A model generated the notes under the pieces. The model did no database searches. It was given only the letters and a program-made list of their open reading frames with translations, and was not told the DNA's origin. From Pirellulales bacterium (lineage in GTDB: Bacteria > Planctomycetota > Planctomycetia > Pirellulales > UBA1268), in assembly GCA_016776925.1 (NCBI GenBank), contig JADHSL010000004.1, positions 33,302 through 97,301 on the forward strand: a DNA stretch of 64,000 nt. The letters are read 5' to 3'. The position numbers and the translations under genes are program-made. This document shows, piece by piece, positions 18,834 through 28,112 of the stretch (position 1 is the stretch's first letter; each line of letters starts with the position of its first letter).

Positions 18834-21131
18834 TCATGTCTCATGCGAAGCCTCCGGTTCGATTGTTCCAATGCCATGTGATGTTTCATTCATCACATGG
18901 CAAATACCGGTTGTAACGTCATACATCATGCCGACAATTCCTATCTGACCAGATTCAACAAGTGCTGAAATTGCTGTGCTCTTTTGCAGAATTTCACGCA
19001 CAGAGCGTTGTATGTTTAGCCGGACAATATTGTCTGTATCGCTTCTATCTTTGGTTTCTTTTCCATCAAGTGCGTTCCGATTTTGACTGTCGCTTTCGCG
19101 CACAACTGACTCAATGCTTTGAACAATCGGCTTCAGATATTCACACTCACGAATATATGGATGCTGTTTCCCATGGGCAGAATCAATGGCTGACTGAACA
19201 GCAGCACAGCGATTATGACCAACAACAACAATTAACTTTGCTCCTGCCGCAGCACACCCAAACTCAATGCTGCCAAGAACTTCTGGCGTTACAATACTTC
19301 CTGCTACACGCACACTAAAGACATCGCCAATCCCTAAATCAAAAATGATCTCCGCTGGCGTTCGGGAATCAACGCCACTCAGCACCACTGCCATGGGGTG
19401 CTGACTTGCTGCAGTAGCTATAACCTGCCTACTAAAGTCGCGCTTTAGGCGACGACCTTCTCGAAACCGTTGGTTACCCACAAGCAGATAATTCAAAACT
19501 TTATCTGGTGTTGAATGCTCCTGCAATTCGCGGCTTGAAAAATCAACAAACTCAATTCGGTCTTCAATAGCATACTTGCCTCGAAAGCCTCGGGTACTAA
19601 CCTGCACACCACGGGCTGGACCAATGACATCTCGATATTCTTTAATCAAAGACAAGATATCTGGGTCGATGTATACGGTATCGTGTGCATCAACCAAGAC
19701 ATGTTTTCCTGATTCAATGTTGTCGAATGCCTTCCGTAATGTCGCTCGATTCAGAAAACTGACCTGACTTGCTAACTCAATTCTCGTAACGTCGCCGCCA
19801 AGGTGATGCTCTACTACCAATCGCAATGGCCTTCGAAGATTGCTCCAGAGAATAAATATTGTGCTGACTGCAAGGCCAATCAGAATTCCAATAAGTGGAT
19901 CAGTCAAAACTATGGCAAGCAAAGTAACAAGCCACGGAATGAATTGATACCTACCAGCTCGCCAGAGTTCTGCTACAACCTTCGGACTGGCCAGCTTGAG
20001 ACCTGTGGCAATCAGAATTGCTGCGAGTGCTGAAAGTGGTATGAGGTTAATGGCCCGAGGAAGAAGCACAACCGCAATTGCCAGGAGAGCACCATGGAGA
20101 ATCGTAGAAATCTTTGTCCGGGCACCTGCATCAATATTCACACTTGATCGAACGATTTCGCATGTCATTGGAAGCCCCCCAGCCATCCCGGAAACAATGT
20201 TTCCAATACCTTGAGCAATAAGCTCCCGGTTTGGTGATGTGCTTCGCTTCTCTCGATCAAGTCGGTCGACAGCTTCCAGTGTGAGAAGTGCCTGCAACGA
20301 CCCGACTAGTGCGATGGTAAGTGCTGCAGAAGAAACCGCTGGATTTGTAATCTGACTGAAATCTGGATTCGGCAATAATCCGAAAAAACCACGAATTGTC
20401 TCTGGTAAAGGAACCTCTACTTTGTGACTCGCCGTGATAATCCATGATCCACCGAGCTGGTCGAATCCAAGGCTGCAAAGCACACCAAAGAGAACAACAA
20501 CGAGCGGGGCCGGAATCCCAGTTTTCTTAAGAAAAGACACCCTACCCCAAAAGTAAATGATGGCGAGAGAGACAAAGCCAACAACAATCGCGCCTGGGTG
20601 AAGATCACTAAGAATTTGCAGAAGTTCTGAAAATGTATTTTGCTTATCCGGCTGAAAAAATGACATCTCACCTTCTGGGTCGGTGTCATGACCGAACAAG
20701 TGAGGGATCTGTTTCAGAATCAGAATGACCCCGATTGCAGAAAGCAAACCGCGGACAACACTCGAGGGTACAAACGACTTGATGAAGCCTCCACGAATAA
20801 TTCCCAACACAATCTGAATCACACCTGAAAGAGCTACCGCAACTAACAATCCTTCAAACGAACCAATTGCTGCAATCTCTGCTGCCACAACTGCAGTAAG
20901 GCCGGCAGCAGGCCCAGAGATGGTAACCTGAGCGTTGCTGAGAGGGCCGACGATCAGACCTGCAACAATTCCTGCAACAATTCCTGCAAGTGGAGGCGCA
21001 TTTGATGCAAGTGCAATTCCGATGCAAAGCGGTAGCGCAACAAGAAAAACGACGATTCCAGCCAGCACATCATCCCTGAGGTGACCTCCCGGGCTATTAC
21101 CAGCCTCTGTCGACTGAGTACCGTTTTTCAT
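18834..21131 (-). CDS. SulP-family anion transporter fused to a STAS domain and a C-terminal beta-carbonic-anhydrase-like domain
   Basis: The N-terminal polytopic SulP core reads LAGIVVFLVALPLCIGIALASNAPP.... It is followed by a STAS-like segment, then a beta-CA-like module with G-V-D-S-R in place of C-x-D-S-R and GHNRCAA. The ORF opens at 21212; the ATG at 21129..21131 (MKNGTQ) is the more plausible start. Confidence 0.85.
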   Translation of the reverse strand: MKNGTQSTEAGNSPGGHLRDDVLAGIVVFLVALPLCIGIALASNAPPLAGIVAGIVAGLIVGPLSNAQVTISGPAAGLTAVVAAEIAAIGSFEGLLVAVALSGVIQIVLGIIRGGFIKSFVPSSVVRGLLSAIGVILILKQIPHLFGHDTDPEGEMSFFQPDKQNTFSELLQILSDLHPGAIVVGFVSLAIIYFWGRVSFLKKTGIPAPLVVVLFGVLCSLGFDQLGGSWIITASHKVEVPLPETIRGFFGLLPNPDFSQITNPAVSSAALTIALVGSLQALLTLEAVDRLDREKRSTSPNRELIAQGIGNIVSGMAGGLPMTCEIVRSSVNIDAGARTKISTILHGALLAIAVVLLPRAINLIPLSALAAILIATGLKLASPKVVAELWRAGRYQFIPWLVTLLAIVLTDPLIGILIGLAVSTIFILWSNLRRPLRLVVEHHLGGDVTRIELASQVSFLNRATLRKAFDNIESGKHVLVDAHDTVYIDPDILSLIKEYRDVIGPARGVQVSTRGFRGKYAIEDRIEFVDFSSRELQEHSTPDKVLNYLLVGNQRFREGRRLKRDFSRQVIATAASQHPMAVVLSGVDSRTPAEIIFDLGIGDVFSVRVAGSIVTPEVLGSIEFGCAAAGAKLIVVVGHNRCAAVQSAIDSAHGKQHPYIRECEYLKPIVQSIESVVRESDSQNRNALDGKETKDRSDTDNIVRLNIQRSVREILQKSTAISALVESGQIGIVGMMYDVTTGICHVMNETSHGIGTIEPEASHET

Positions 21132-21375
21132 TCTTACTTTCTTCTTACGCGTATCACGGACCAGAAAGAACAATGATGACATTATTGACGACGTAGCACC
21201 GACATCTGGCAAATGACGTTTGAATGAAACATACTGTTTTTGCTAACAATGGCGATTAAATTGTGCGACTAAACTTGTTTTGAAGAACTGATCGGCCAGC
21301 AAAAATTGCATCGTATCGATTCGCACGTAAAGTTAATAGAAAGAATAACCAATTGACAACACGTTTGGGGGTTTC

Positions 21376-21981
21376 ATGACAAACACACGTTTCCTGCCCG
21401 TCTGCCGACTCTCAAAACAGTCCCTTTTTGTCCTGTGCTTCATATCGTTGAGTATCCCAATGATACGAGCAGACCAATCAAAGACGAGCAAACTCGATAA
21501 AAACACTATCTATCGACTTGATCTTTTCACCGAAACACTAAAACCAAATTCAAAAGAAGACCTCAAGAAGGGTGCCGTCTACTTCCGTTACTCACAAATG
21601 TCTGGACACCATGTCTGGAGTCGCTGGAGTGAAGAACATGTTTTTGAATTTGCAATGGGCCCCGGATCCGTCCAACCAGCTTGGAGATTTGATATTCGTG
21701 AGGGAAGAGAAGATCAACTCCGTCTCCTTGAAGAACGTTCGCCCGAACTCTACAAGCGACTTATGGTACAGGGTGCTCGCCCCATGATTCAGCTTCTTGA
21801 AAATGGACGTTGGCAACTTGATATTGCATCCAACGAAGGGCGTGTTTTTGATATTGAAACGGGTGGTCGTTGGGAATGGCACGGTGGGCATCGAGTCCGT
21901 GTCGTACATAGCGGCGGAAAAAGCTGGACATACCAAGACCACACATATCACCCGTCCTATGCAGTTCGAAGTGCCTGGTAG
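21376..21981 (+). CDS. Hypothetical exported protein
   Basis: 201-aa ORF with a hydrophobic leader and no recognisable motif. It is the only long ORF in the interval. Confidence 0.5.
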   Translation: MTNTRFLPVCRLSKQSLFVLCFISLSIPMIRADQSKTSKLDKNTIYRLDLFTETLKPNSKEDLKKGAVYFRYSQMSGHHVWSRWSEEHVFEFAMGPGSVQPAWRFDIREGREDQLRLLEERSPELYKRLMVQGARPMIQLLENGRWQLDIASNEGRVFDIETGGRWEWHGGHRVRVVHSGGKSWTYQDHTYHPSYAVRSAW

Positions 21982-21999
21982 TAACAGCTGCCGTCGCAC

Positions 22000-22926
22000 T
22001 CACTTTCTGCTTATCTGAGCGAATTGCTCTTCGAATTTTACTGCTTCTCGCATTGTTGCTGCATGGATTTCTGCGATCATCGCAAGGTCGTTGCAATATC
22101 CACCACCGCAGACGATCGCAACGGGTGCACAATTGGTTACAGCGGAGGTGAAGACAAGACGGTCTCGCTGCAAAAGGCCCTCTTGAGAAACACCGAGCCG
22201 ACCGAGGCGATCTCCTTCATACGGATCCGCCCCAGCGATATAGAAAATAATGTCTGGTTCAAAGGTTGAAAAAGAAACCTCTAACGCTCTGTCAAGCGCA
22301 GCAAGATAAGCCTCGTCTGATGTACCATCAGACAATGGAACGTCTAATGAACTTGGATATTTTCTTAACGGAAAGTTTTTTTCACCATGCAACGAAAGCG
22401 TGAAGACGGTATCATCCTTCGCAAAAATTTCAGCCGTACCGTTTCCCTGATGGACATCGCAATCGACGATTAGTACTCGTTGAACAAGTCCTCTGTCCTG
22501 CATCTCTCTTGCAGATACTGCTGTATCATTAAAAATACAAAAGCCCTCACCCCAATTCGTCCCTGCGTGATGAGTGCCGCCAGCTAGGCTCGCTGCCACA
22601 CCGTCACGTAACGCAGAGGCCGCCGCATCAATCGCTGCGCCTGTACTCCGAAGTGATCGCTCAACGAGTTCCTGGCTCCATGGAAAACCGATACGCTGAA
22701 TTTCGGCACGGGTAAGTGTCCCACGGAATACTCGACCCAAGTACTGAGGGCAATGCACCCGACGTAATTCCTCATCAGTGGCTGCATGCGGCTCAATGAA
22801 AGCAAATGGCGTACCCGTCGTTGCATCTAGCTCGAGACGTTGACGAAGCATCGCATACTTCTGAACAGGAAAACGGTGACCCTCCGGCAACGGAAGGGAA
22901 TATCTATCGCAGGGATAAAGTCGCAT
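22000..22926 (-). CDS. Histone-deacetylase-family (arginase/deacetylase fold) enzyme
   Basis: It has GGTHHAGTNWGEGFCIFND, DCDVHQGNGT and GADPYEGD (the HDAC zinc and charge-relay motifs). The ORF opens at 23004, but homology-like sequence starts at the Met at 22926 (MRLYPCDRY). Confidence 0.85.
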   Translation of the reverse strand: MRLYPCDRYSLPLPEGHRFPVQKYAMLRQRLELDATTGTPFAFIEPHAATDEELRRVHCPQYLGRVFRGTLTRAEIQRIGFPWSQELVERSLRSTGAAIDAAASALRDGVAASLAGGTHHAGTNWGEGFCIFNDTAVSAREMQDRGLVQRVLIVDCDVHQGNGTAEIFAKDDTVFTLSLHGEKNFPLRKYPSSLDVPLSDGTSDEAYLAALDRALEVSFSTFEPDIIFYIAGADPYEGDRLGRLGVSQEGLLQRDRLVFTSAVTNCAPVAIVCGGGYCNDLAMIAEIHAATMREAVKFEEQFAQISRK

Positions 22927-23261
22927 TGTATGAATTACAGAAAAGGCTGCCTGATTTATCAACATGCCGTGCCTGCGAGACATGCACCAGGCGTTGGGCA
23001 TCACTCAGCACAAAAATCAAAAGTACGAGTATCATGAATTTTAGGTCACGCACATGGTTTTCTTTAAAAACTTTTCGTTTGGCATACGTTGTGCTGCTGA
23101 AGTCTCCTAGGAGAAAACTCCTAACTGGATTCAATAGCACATCGTTGGGCAACCTACACGAAAGGAGAATACTTCTACTGTTATCTCTACTATAGGATTA
23201 CGGAAGAGTTGAATCTAATTTCCTCAATTTTGGAAATGTTCTTTGAACGCATAACGTAAAG

Positions 23262-23300
23262 GAGAGGGGCTCGTATTAATCATCGATGCGAGCCCCTCTC
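23262..23300. other. GC-rich perfect 12-bp hairpin in an AT-rich spacer (possible terminator)
   Basis: GAGAGGGGCTCG (23262..23273), a 15-nt loop, then CGAGCCCCTCTC (23289..23300), followed by ATTGTTT on the plus strand. Confidence 0.35.
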
Positions 23301-23431
23301 ATTGTTTAATGAGCGAAACAGAAACATCAACTTCCCCCTCTCCAAAATCAATTTTCAGCAGTTTTGTTAAAGCAACGCAATCTCCAGCTTGGCATACACA
23401 ACCATGTTGGTGATATTTCTAGCGTCAAGAA

Positions 23432-23722
23432 TCATAGGGAGATGTGATTCTTCACTCCTGCTCGAGTCAGCACCATCTTATTCCAGACTGCCTTTGGTGT
23501 CTGCTTGACAGCTATCTTCGAGTAATGAGTAGAATTTGGCTCGAATTCGTCTGCAATAAAAATCTTGTTGTATTCAAGCGACTGATCAATTAATGACGGC
23601 TCTTGAAAAAAAGGCATTCTGAGAGTTCTCACGAGTACAACGCTATACCAGCGATCGATATCCCACACGACAGGTTCTTGGTAACTCGCCATAATAGAAT
23701 CTTCAGATAGTTCTATGTACAT
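23432..23722 (-). CDS. Hypothetical small protein (orphan ORF in AT-rich spacer)
   Basis: 96-aa ORF and the only ORF in a 745-bp gap. It has no motif, and composition differs from its neighbours. Confidence 0.3.
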   Translation of the reverse strand: MYIELSEDSIMASYQEPVVWDIDRWYSVVLVRTLRMPFFQEPSLIDQSLEYNKIFIADEFEPNSTHYSKIAVKQTPKAVWNKMVLTRAGVKNHISL

Positions 23723-23749
23723 TTCGTTCCTTCAATTTCATCTGCCTCT

Positions 23750-25543
23750 ATGAATCTGAGTTTTTGGCACGAGAACTGGCAGGGAATTCTCACCGCACTC
23801 GTGGTGGGCGCGACCCTGCTTGCGCTTCTGCTGGGTCGCCGTGCACCAGACATGGCCATGCTTGGTGCGGTGATCGTTTTACTAGCATCCGGAGTTCTTA
23901 GTCCTGCGGAGGCATTCTCAGGAATGAGTAACCAGGGAATGCTCACGGTTGCAGCATTGTTTGTTGTGGCTGCAGCTGTTCATCGAACAGGGGCCCTTGC
24001 TCTTGTTATTGATCGGGGGCTCGGTCGACCGCGTTCTCTCCATGAAGCCCAAGTGCGGACAATGACAATACCCGCGGTTCTCTCCGGTTTTATGAACAAC
24101 ACCCCAGTGGTTGCCTTAATGGTACCTGCAGTACGAACATGGGCTCACAAACACCAATTAAGTATTTCCAAAATCTTGATGCCCATGAATGATGCCGTCG
24201 TGCTTGGTGGTCTATGCACCCTCATTGGCACAAGTACGAATATTGTTGTCAGTGGCTTGCTCAACGAAAAAACAGGCAGGTCACTCGGCATGTTTGATAT
24301 CACATGGCTTGGTGTGCCGCTCTTGATTGTTGGCTTTGCGTATATTTTAGTCGCCAGCAAAAGCCAATGGCTTCTTAAAGATCGCAGGCCTGCTGTAAGT
24401 GCGGGTGACGATCCTCGAGAATACTCACTTGAGATGGTTGTTGAATCCGGTAGTCCCCTTGCCGGAAGAACAATTGAACAAGCTGGTCTTCGTGGACTCC
24501 ACGGCCTATTTCTTATGGAAGTCGATCGTGCTGGTCATGTCCGTGCGGCAGTTGAACCAACAGAACGACTCGAAGAAGGAGATCGGCTTGTTTTCGTCGG
24601 TGTAGTCGACTCAGTCGTAGAACTACAGAAGATACGTGGACTTCGGCCGGCTACAGACCAAGTATTTCAATTAGATGGACCACGATCTGAACGTACCCTC
24701 TTGGAAGCTGTTGTTTCCAACACGTGCCCTCTTGTTGGCCGGACAATTCGTGAAGGGCAATTTCGGTCGACATATGATGCTGTCATTATAGCAGTCGCTC
24801 GAAACGGAGAACGCTTAAGGAAAAAAATTGGAGATATCATTCTTCAACCGGGCGACACATTGCTCCTCGAGGCAAGCCCGCGATTTCTGAAACGACAAAA
24901 GACAAACCGTGACTTTTATCTTGTCAGTGAAGTAAAAGGAGCAAAGCCACCTCGGCACGACCTTGCTTGGATCGCATGCACCATCTTGGTAGCCATGGTA
25001 CTGGCGGCAACATTAGAACTTGTTCCTATGGTTGCAGCAGCACTTGTTGCAGCCGCTGCCATGGTCGCAACAGGTTGCATTGGGCCAAATGAAGCAAGAA
25101 AATCTATCGAATGGGAAACCCTACTCCTTATCGCCGCTAGTTTCGGGCTTGCCCAAGCTATTGAAAAAACTGGGCTCGATGAACTCCTTGCCCAAAGCAC
25201 CATCGGAGCTGCTGGCGATCGGCCACACCTTGTCTTGGCAGCAATTTATTTCGTAACGATGCTGTTTACTGAAACGATGAGTAACAACGCTGCGGCTGTG
25301 CTTATTTTTCCAATCGCATGGCAAACCGCTACTGATCTCGGCCTCAATCCAATGCCATTTATTATGGCAATTACAGTCGCCGCGAGTTGTGGATTCGCCA
25401 GTCCTCTCGGTTACCAGACAAATCTCATGGTGTATGGGCCGGGTGGCTACAAATTCAGTGATTACCTTCGTTTCGGTGGGCCATTAAACTTAATTGTTAT
25501 GGCTATCACCATTATTTTAGCCCCTTTAATCTGGCCTTTCTAA
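23750..25543 (+). CDS. SLC13/DASS-family anion permease with two central TrkA-C (RCK_C) domains
   Basis: 597-aa ORF. N- and C-terminal polytopic halves have the typical SNTP/SNNAA hairpin motifs (FMNNTPVVALM, ETMSNNAAAVLIFP). Between them are two roughly 80-aa soluble repeats (GSPLAGRTIEQAGLR..., CPLVGRTIREGQFR...). Confidence 0.8.
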   Translation: MNLSFWHENWQGILTALVVGATLLALLLGRRAPDMAMLGAVIVLLASGVLSPAEAFSGMSNQGMLTVAALFVVAAAVHRTGALALVIDRGLGRPRSLHEAQVRTMTIPAVLSGFMNNTPVVALMVPAVRTWAHKHQLSISKILMPMNDAVVLGGLCTLIGTSTNIVVSGLLNEKTGRSLGMFDITWLGVPLLIVGFAYILVASKSQWLLKDRRPAVSAGDDPREYSLEMVVESGSPLAGRTIEQAGLRGLHGLFLMEVDRAGHVRAAVEPTERLEEGDRLVFVGVVDSVVELQKIRGLRPATDQVFQLDGPRSERTLLEAVVSNTCPLVGRTIREGQFRSTYDAVIIAVARNGERLRKKIGDIILQPGDTLLLEASPRFLKRQKTNRDFYLVSEVKGAKPPRHDLAWIACTILVAMVLAATLELVPMVAAALVAAAAMVATGCIGPNEARKSIEWETLLLIAASFGLAQAIEKTGLDELLAQSTIGAAGDRPHLVLAAIYFVTMLFTETMSNNAAAVLIFPIAWQTATDLGLNPMPFIMAITVAASCGFASPLGYQTNLMVYGPGGYKFSDYLRFGGPLNLIVMAITIILAPLIWPF

Positions 25544-25874
25544 GAAGCATGCCACATGGCCTAGAGCCGCTAAAGCATCGACGACATGCTCAAGAAACAA
25601 GGTCCTCCCCAAAACATCATTGACTCAATCGCTCTGTTTCGCCCTGCGATCGCAAAGCCTGCACAACGTTGATGCAACCCCTGTCATTCAAGAAATGCGA
25701 CCAAAAGTGAAATGCCGTAGCGGACTAATCGTTACGACCGAACAAAACCGTCTTTTGTCATTTCTTTGTGATAGTCTGATGTCTTTCGTTCCTTTCTTTC
25801 AGACTGTCCGGGACGTAGTCTAAACGATTGCAAACGTTTGTTTTCCAAACGCCACCTCCATCCTGTTGAGACGG

Positions 25875-27233
25875 ATGAGCGAAATACTCTTTCACTACTA
25901 CCGTGTTAATCCAACGACCTGGTTTTACCTTGCGTCGCTTCTTTCGATTGCAGTTTTTTTCAAATTCAATCGAGCTTTGAGTATTCGTAATGTTGATCTT
26001 GCCGGCCTGATTCTTTTCGCGCCAGGCCTTCTGGCTGTTGAATACGGTGGCTTTAAAGCCAACATTGATGCACAACAACTTGGCTACGTATGGCTGTTTG
26101 TAGTCACCGGCTTATTTATTATCCGTATGCTCTGTGACTCACTCATGGTCCGAAGACCTATGCTTGAGCCCAACCTTAACAGTGGTGGTCTCATTTTTCT
26201 TGGGATATCACTCCTTGTTTTCCTTTTGGCAAATGTTCTCACCACGCGACCAGAAAGAGACGACCTTGCAGCAGCTACAACTGCAGCCAGACTCGAGACG
26301 GGTGATGCCGAGGTAAATGCCGATCAACTAGCCAGACTTGGGCCTGGATATCCACTCCTATTTCTTCTTCCGCATATCTCAACTCAACGCGTTTTCTCCT
26401 CCGAGGCAGTTTCCTCGGCAGGTGAAAAAACGAAAGAACCACTCCCACGGGTCGTTCACGAAACAACTGCTCGAGCTATGGCTATCATTTCTCAACTACT
26501 GATCGTCAGTGGGATGATTTTCGTTGGATGGCGACACTTTGAAAATACAAGACTCGGTATTGCTGCTGCGGTTCTTTATCTCCTTCTACCGTACACAGCT
26601 ATGATGACCGGAAGGGTTGACCATGCCTTACCCGGCGCATTAATTGTGTGGGCGATCGGAGCATATCGGAGACCAGTGATAGCAGGAGGTCTCATAGGGC
26701 TTGCTATTGGCATAATCTATTACCCGGTATTTCTACTTCCCCTGTGGTGCAGTTTTTATTGGGAGCGCGGAGTCCGTCGGTTTGCCACTGGTGTTGCTGC
26801 TGCCTTAGCAGCTCTTGTGATTGGACTCTGGTTCACCTCACCAACAATCGCAATATTTGCTGGCCAATTGCGCCAGATGTTTGGTTGGATATTTCCAAGC
26901 AGTGTAAGCCTCGAGGGGTTTTGGGCGTTCCCTTCCTATGACCCTGTTTTTCGGCTTCCTGTACTCGCCGGCTTCTTAGTGATGATGGCAACTATGGCTA
27001 TCTGGCCTTCACCAAAACACCTGGGCACACTCATGAGTTGCTCCGCCGCGATTCTCCTTGGAAGCCAGTTCTGGAAAGCACATAACGGCGGCCTTTTCTT
27101 AGCGTGGTTTCTCCCAATCCTTCTGCTCGTGATATTCCGACCAAATCTTGAAAACCGTGTCGCGCTGAAGGCATTAGACACTGATTGGTTCATTCGTCGC
27201 CGGAAACAAAGGCGCTCAATAGATGCAGGATAG
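25875..27233 (+). CDS. Polytopic integral membrane protein, function unknown
   Basis: The ORF is about 452 aa with at least 9 hydrophobic spans and one roughly 90-aa polar loop. No catalytic motif is recognised. Confidence 0.6.
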   Translation: MSEILFHYYRVNPTTWFYLASLLSIAVFFKFNRALSIRNVDLAGLILFAPGLLAVEYGGFKANIDAQQLGYVWLFVVTGLFIIRMLCDSLMVRRPMLEPNLNSGGLIFLGISLLVFLLANVLTTRPERDDLAAATTAARLETGDAEVNADQLARLGPGYPLLFLLPHISTQRVFSSEAVSSAGEKTKEPLPRVVHETTARAMAIISQLLIVSGMIFVGWRHFENTRLGIAAAVLYLLLPYTAMMTGRVDHALPGALIVWAIGAYRRPVIAGGLIGLAIGIIYYPVFLLPLWCSFYWERGVRRFATGVAAALAALVIGLWFTSPTIAIFAGQLRQMFGWIFPSSVSLEGFWAFPSYDPVFRLPVLAGFLVMMATMAIWPSPKHLGTLMSCSAAILLGSQFWKAHNGGLFLAWFLPILLLVIFRPNLENRVALKALDTDWFIRRRKQRRSIDAG

Positions 27234-27240
27234 TTTTTGT

Positions 27241-28095
27241 TTACATGTCTCGACGTATATCAACAGTTGTTGAAACACCTTGATTCAAAAACCAGAGATG
27301 CCAGCGAGATTGATCCCAGCCATAGTTGACATTCGTCAGCGTTGTCAAAGCTTCAAGCACGTGTGCATTCTGTAACGACACTGCTTTCGTTTTCTGATTG
27401 CCTCCAAGCGCAAGGCCACCACCTGTTGGTGAAAATGTAACTGATGTTTTCCCTCCTGATTCTGAACTAGGGGAAACGACGTACTGAGTAATCAAAGCAT
27501 TGATTAAGGGCTGAATAGCAGACTCATCACCTAGTATTTTCAATGCAAATGCAGCACGGTTGATGCGATGACTGTCGGTTCCTCTGAGTGCAGCAACGAG
27601 TGGCGGCACAACCTGTATGGAGTCTTTGTCCTTCAGTTGCTCGATGGCACTCCAACGCACCTCCGAATCAGAATGATTGAGAATCAGAGACAATAATGCT
27701 CCAACTGCGTCTGTTGAAGCTATATTTCCCAGGGCTTCAACATAGAGGAGTCGAACACGAGGAACAGGATCGGTATTGATGGCAGTTATGAGCGATCCTA
27801 TCGAAGACGGATCATTTGTTCGACGGATCTCCTCAGCAACGCGATCACTGACTTCTGGTTCATCAAGTTCTCGCCGCAACCTTTCCAGACGTTGCCGGGC
27901 CTCAACTCTGCTCTTTGTTGCAGCTTCTGCCTGCTTCAACAGATTAATTTCCTGCTGAGTTCTCCACGACCCTCTATAGCGGTGATAGCCATGAGACTCC
28001 ATACGTTGTGTATGCGTACTGGTTGAGTCCGCGACGCCACGATTTGGAAAAGCCAAGGCTCCAACCACCATCGCAGCAGCACAGATAGATCGCAT
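27241..28095 (-). CDS. Exported HEAT-repeat protein
   Basis: It has a signal peptide and a coiled-coil-like basic stretch. HEAT/PBS-lyase-like repeats follow (PRVRLLYVEALGNI, SEVRWSAIEQLKDK, VPPLVAALRGTDSHRINRAAFALKILG). Confidence 0.6.
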   Translation of the reverse strand: MRSICAAAMVVGALAFPNRGVADSTSTHTQRMESHGYHRYRGSWRTQQEINLLKQAEAATKSRVEARQRLERLRRELDEPEVSDRVAEEIRRTNDPSSIGSLITAINTDPVPRVRLLYVEALGNIASTDAVGALLSLILNHSDSEVRWSAIEQLKDKDSIQVVPPLVAALRGTDSHRINRAAFALKILGDESAIQPLINALITQYVVSPSSESGGKTSVTFSPTGGGLALGGNQKTKAVSLQNAHVLEALTTLTNVNYGWDQSRWHLWFLNQGVSTTVDIRRDM

Positions 28096-28112
28096 TGTGT
28101 GTCCCCAGTAAC

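Noticed and set aside
25831-25840. Perfect 10-bp palindrome CAAACGTTTG 35 nt upstream of the 25875 membrane-protein start, as a candidate operator.
   Set aside because: It is a single short palindrome with no second copy in the window and no adjacent regulator. Its expected chance occurrence is not negligible.
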